DNA of 64,000 nt, taken from positions 96,001 to 160,000 of the forward strand of contig CAWIIV010000024.1 of NCBI GenBank assembly GCA_963836205.1, read 5' to 3'. Below, in pieces: positions 62,901 through 64,000 of the stretch. Source of the DNA: an uncultured Acidimicrobiia bacterium. Lineage in GTDB: Bacteria; Actinomycetota; Acidimicrobiia; Acidimicrobiales; AC-14. Below the pieces are notes generated by a model, which searched no databases, was not told the DNA's origin, and worked only from the letters and a program-made list of their open reading frames with translations. The position numbers were made by a program, and so were the translations under genes. Every line of letters starts with the position of its first letter. Position 1 is the stretch's first letter.

Positions 62901-63110
62901 TTCGAGGGCGGCGGCGTCGTCGGCCGCCGTTGGGGCCGGGCCCGCTCCCGCCAGCCAGGCGGCCAGCACCGACTTGCCCGATCCGGGCTCGCCGGTCAGG
63001 AGGAAGAGACGCTCGGACCCGGTGCCGAGCCACTCCGCCACCTGGTGCAGGGCCCACTCCCGGCCCACCAGGCCGGCCGCCTTCTGGCCGATGACGGCCG
63101 GGATGCGCAC
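59964..63110 (-). CDS. STAND/NACHT-like NTPase with helical C-terminal region
   Basis: VGREW, Walker A GEPGSGKS, Walker B VLVDGVDE, LVTSR, GNFLF, LYHRSLADFL. Confidence 0.85.
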   Translation of the reverse strand: MRIPAVIGQKAAGLVGREWALHQVAEWLGTGSERLFLLTGEPGSGKSVLAAWLAGAGPAPTAADDAAALEGVRAGWSAACFCMTRGQDGADITPAWFVTSLVNQLSARHPEFADAFLRVNLPELVHQEVGVNQGTVVGHVGDLDVKIPDARDRYAQGVVEPLRTMAEAHPDRTFAVLVDGVDEAFGGPEPTVVSLLARSGSLPGNVRFLVTSRNERALVTRLTDGFGGDVRHLDLSSGDGAVANEADVRRFVRTRLDADGLAARIEAPATVDSVVERLARQAAGNFLFIDFLLDELAKGTRPLTDTADLPTGLFDLYRQYLQRIVPGFDDRDRGPAWGERYQPLLGSISVALPAAPADRLLGWLEWEDDDLSRFLQSVEQVTEWEPTPEGGTAGGGGSGGGWRLYHRSLADFLATRYIDDRGSDNRFYVAPPKQHDRIVRHYQRARADLWGGDWANCDDGYCLRNLVRHMAASLGALDRPADRATRTGELFDVVLDPGFRARQQEAPGGPAAIYDDVRTAVEVGLAPPPPGGPDRLVGLVETMAVAAEVELRGLATEALVQLAAKDGGANGRRALDTMLRLLATQSADAWNVALKAAAAAGALDVFRRAAVDSRDVVRQAACLYAYLRWRPDDPGCLPVQLLTDLASTVTISGQILRKNDRLVLDFLAGLSILIYVNHPDRADVVAQTSALWHEVLRNRLKLHLLNVKALVKVATPLVAQVYAKRLLETFLFSSPDEARRFFASDRKAIGRVVPLVDPATDVGARADDLAALLQSPFSQTRMVGGMVIAIHSFHDPAGTDAFVRGLFDRLDDNGRRWALWAFAVLVEKAPTGWVGLLEDLTRTFVDENRPAFLAADGGTSVPFEIDLLPLGLAYGKRGGPMTYLGTLLSGAAAGGDPALLDRVIRGLAPVGFSYPQAVLETLRESVPQLLDPAVEDSLATTLATMRVLHPDTVDLFLRDVGAPDRLRLLVAQRGDVEVVRRYVVWVGFYNNGVHQALFHPKMRVGLLTGILGALATAKDAKAFVRKITPGPLDMLRKADYRLERWTDA

Positions 63111-63183
63111 CCGCTCGGTCGTGCCGCACCCCCTTTCGCCCGTCGGATCGTGGTTTCCGTCTGCGCCAGACAGACTACGGACC

Positions 63184-63771
63184 ATGCCGGAGCCGACGAC
63201 GCCGCCCGCCCTCGCCGACCTCAAGCGGGCCCTGGTCGAGATCATCCTGGCCAAGGGTCACCTGCAGCTGGACGAGCCGGTCAAGCTGGCGTCGGGCGAC
63301 TGGAGCAGGGACTACATCGACAACAAGCGGGCGTTCGCCCTCGGCTCCGACCTGCGCCTGGCGGGCGAGGGCCTGGTGGCGCTGGCCCGGGACGAAGGAT
63401 GGGATTTCGACGCCGTCGGCGGGCTCACCCTCGGGGCCGACCACTTCTCCCACGTTGTGGCCATCGTGGCCGACCGCTCCTGGTTCGTGGTCCGCAAGGC
63501 GGAGAAGGACCACGGGACCAAGCGCAGGATCGAAGGGGCGGCGCTGGGTTCCGGCGTCCGGGTCGTCGTGGTCGACGACGTCGTCACCCGGGGCGGGTCG
63601 ATCCTCGACGCCTACCACGCGGTCAAGGAGTCGGGCGCCGAGGTGGTGGGCGTGACCACCCTCGTCGACCGGGGCCCGGCCACCGCCGCCGTCTTCGCCG
63701 GCCTCGGCGTCCCCTACCGGGCCCTCCTCACCTACGCCGACCTGGGAATCGAGCCCGTCGGCGGGCCCTGA
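63184..63771 (+). CDS. pyrE: Orotate phosphoribosyltransferase
   Basis: LASG..S..YID, VRK..KDHG, PRPP motif VVVVDDVVTRGGS. Confidence 0.92.
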   Translation: MPEPTTPPALADLKRALVEIILAKGHLQLDEPVKLASGDWSRDYIDNKRAFALGSDLRLAGEGLVALARDEGWDFDAVGGLTLGADHFSHVVAIVADRSWFVVRKAEKDHGTKRRIEGAALGSGVRVVVVDDVVTRGGSILDAYHAVKESGAEVVGVTTLVDRGPATAAVFAGLGVPYRALLTYADLGIEPVGGP

Positions 63772-63775
63772 GCCG

Positions 63776-64000
63776 TCAGGACGACTGCGTGGCGATGACC
63801 CGGTCGTCGTCGGGACCGTCGTCGGTGCGGACGATCTCGGTCTGGGCGACGTCGAGAAACTCGGCGAAGGCGGCGTCGACCGCCGCCTGCAGGTCCAGGA
63901 GGGTCATGGAGGGCATCTCGTACCTCAGCGCCTCCAGGCTGTCCTCCACCGCCTTCAGCCGGTCGTGCCCCGCCTCCGACAGCGCCGCCGGCCCACCTGT
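63776..64000 (-). CDS. C-terminal end of an unidentified protein (runs off the window)
   Basis: Open frame ...LKAVEDSLEALRYEMPSMTLLDLQ...IATQSS*. Confidence 0.55.
   Translation of the reverse strand, partial: TGGPAALSEAGHDRLKAVEDSLEALRYEMPSMTLLDLQAAVDAAFAEFLDVAQTEIVRTDDGPDDDRVIATQSS

Overview
Very GC-rich, actinobacterial-looking window. Gene content and style suggest Acidimicrobiia or a relative (inference only). There are about 45 CDS. They include lhr-nei-MFS-CBS/citrate synthase-GNAT, lnt, a P450, a B12 radical SAM enzyme, an ECF sigma/VOC pair, an orphan ccmF, a lower-GC islet with a secreted SGNH-vWA-PKD protein, two large secreted beta-propeller proteins, a MoxR/DUF58/vWA/ABC operon, the NHEJ genes ligD-Pol and ku, and pyrE. 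Several genes carry single-base frameshifts, which may be sequencing errors. Four things stand out. (1) A ~465-nt intergenic stretch (50151-50614) folds by eye into a deeply nested multi-helix RNA, lacks the hallmarks of the housekeeping RNAs, and lies just upstream of an SOS-box HNH gene, between ligD and ku. (2) A coupled STAND NTPase-UbiA prenyltransferase-CHAT protease operon in which the first and last proteins share an amyloid-like motif. (3) A small LNPQPLPP-repeat peptide coupled to an 8-Cys protein. (4) Dispersed REP-like hairpins, one beside an AbiEi-DUF559 gene. No rRNA, tRNA or CRISPR array was seen. All calls were made by eye, with no database searches.
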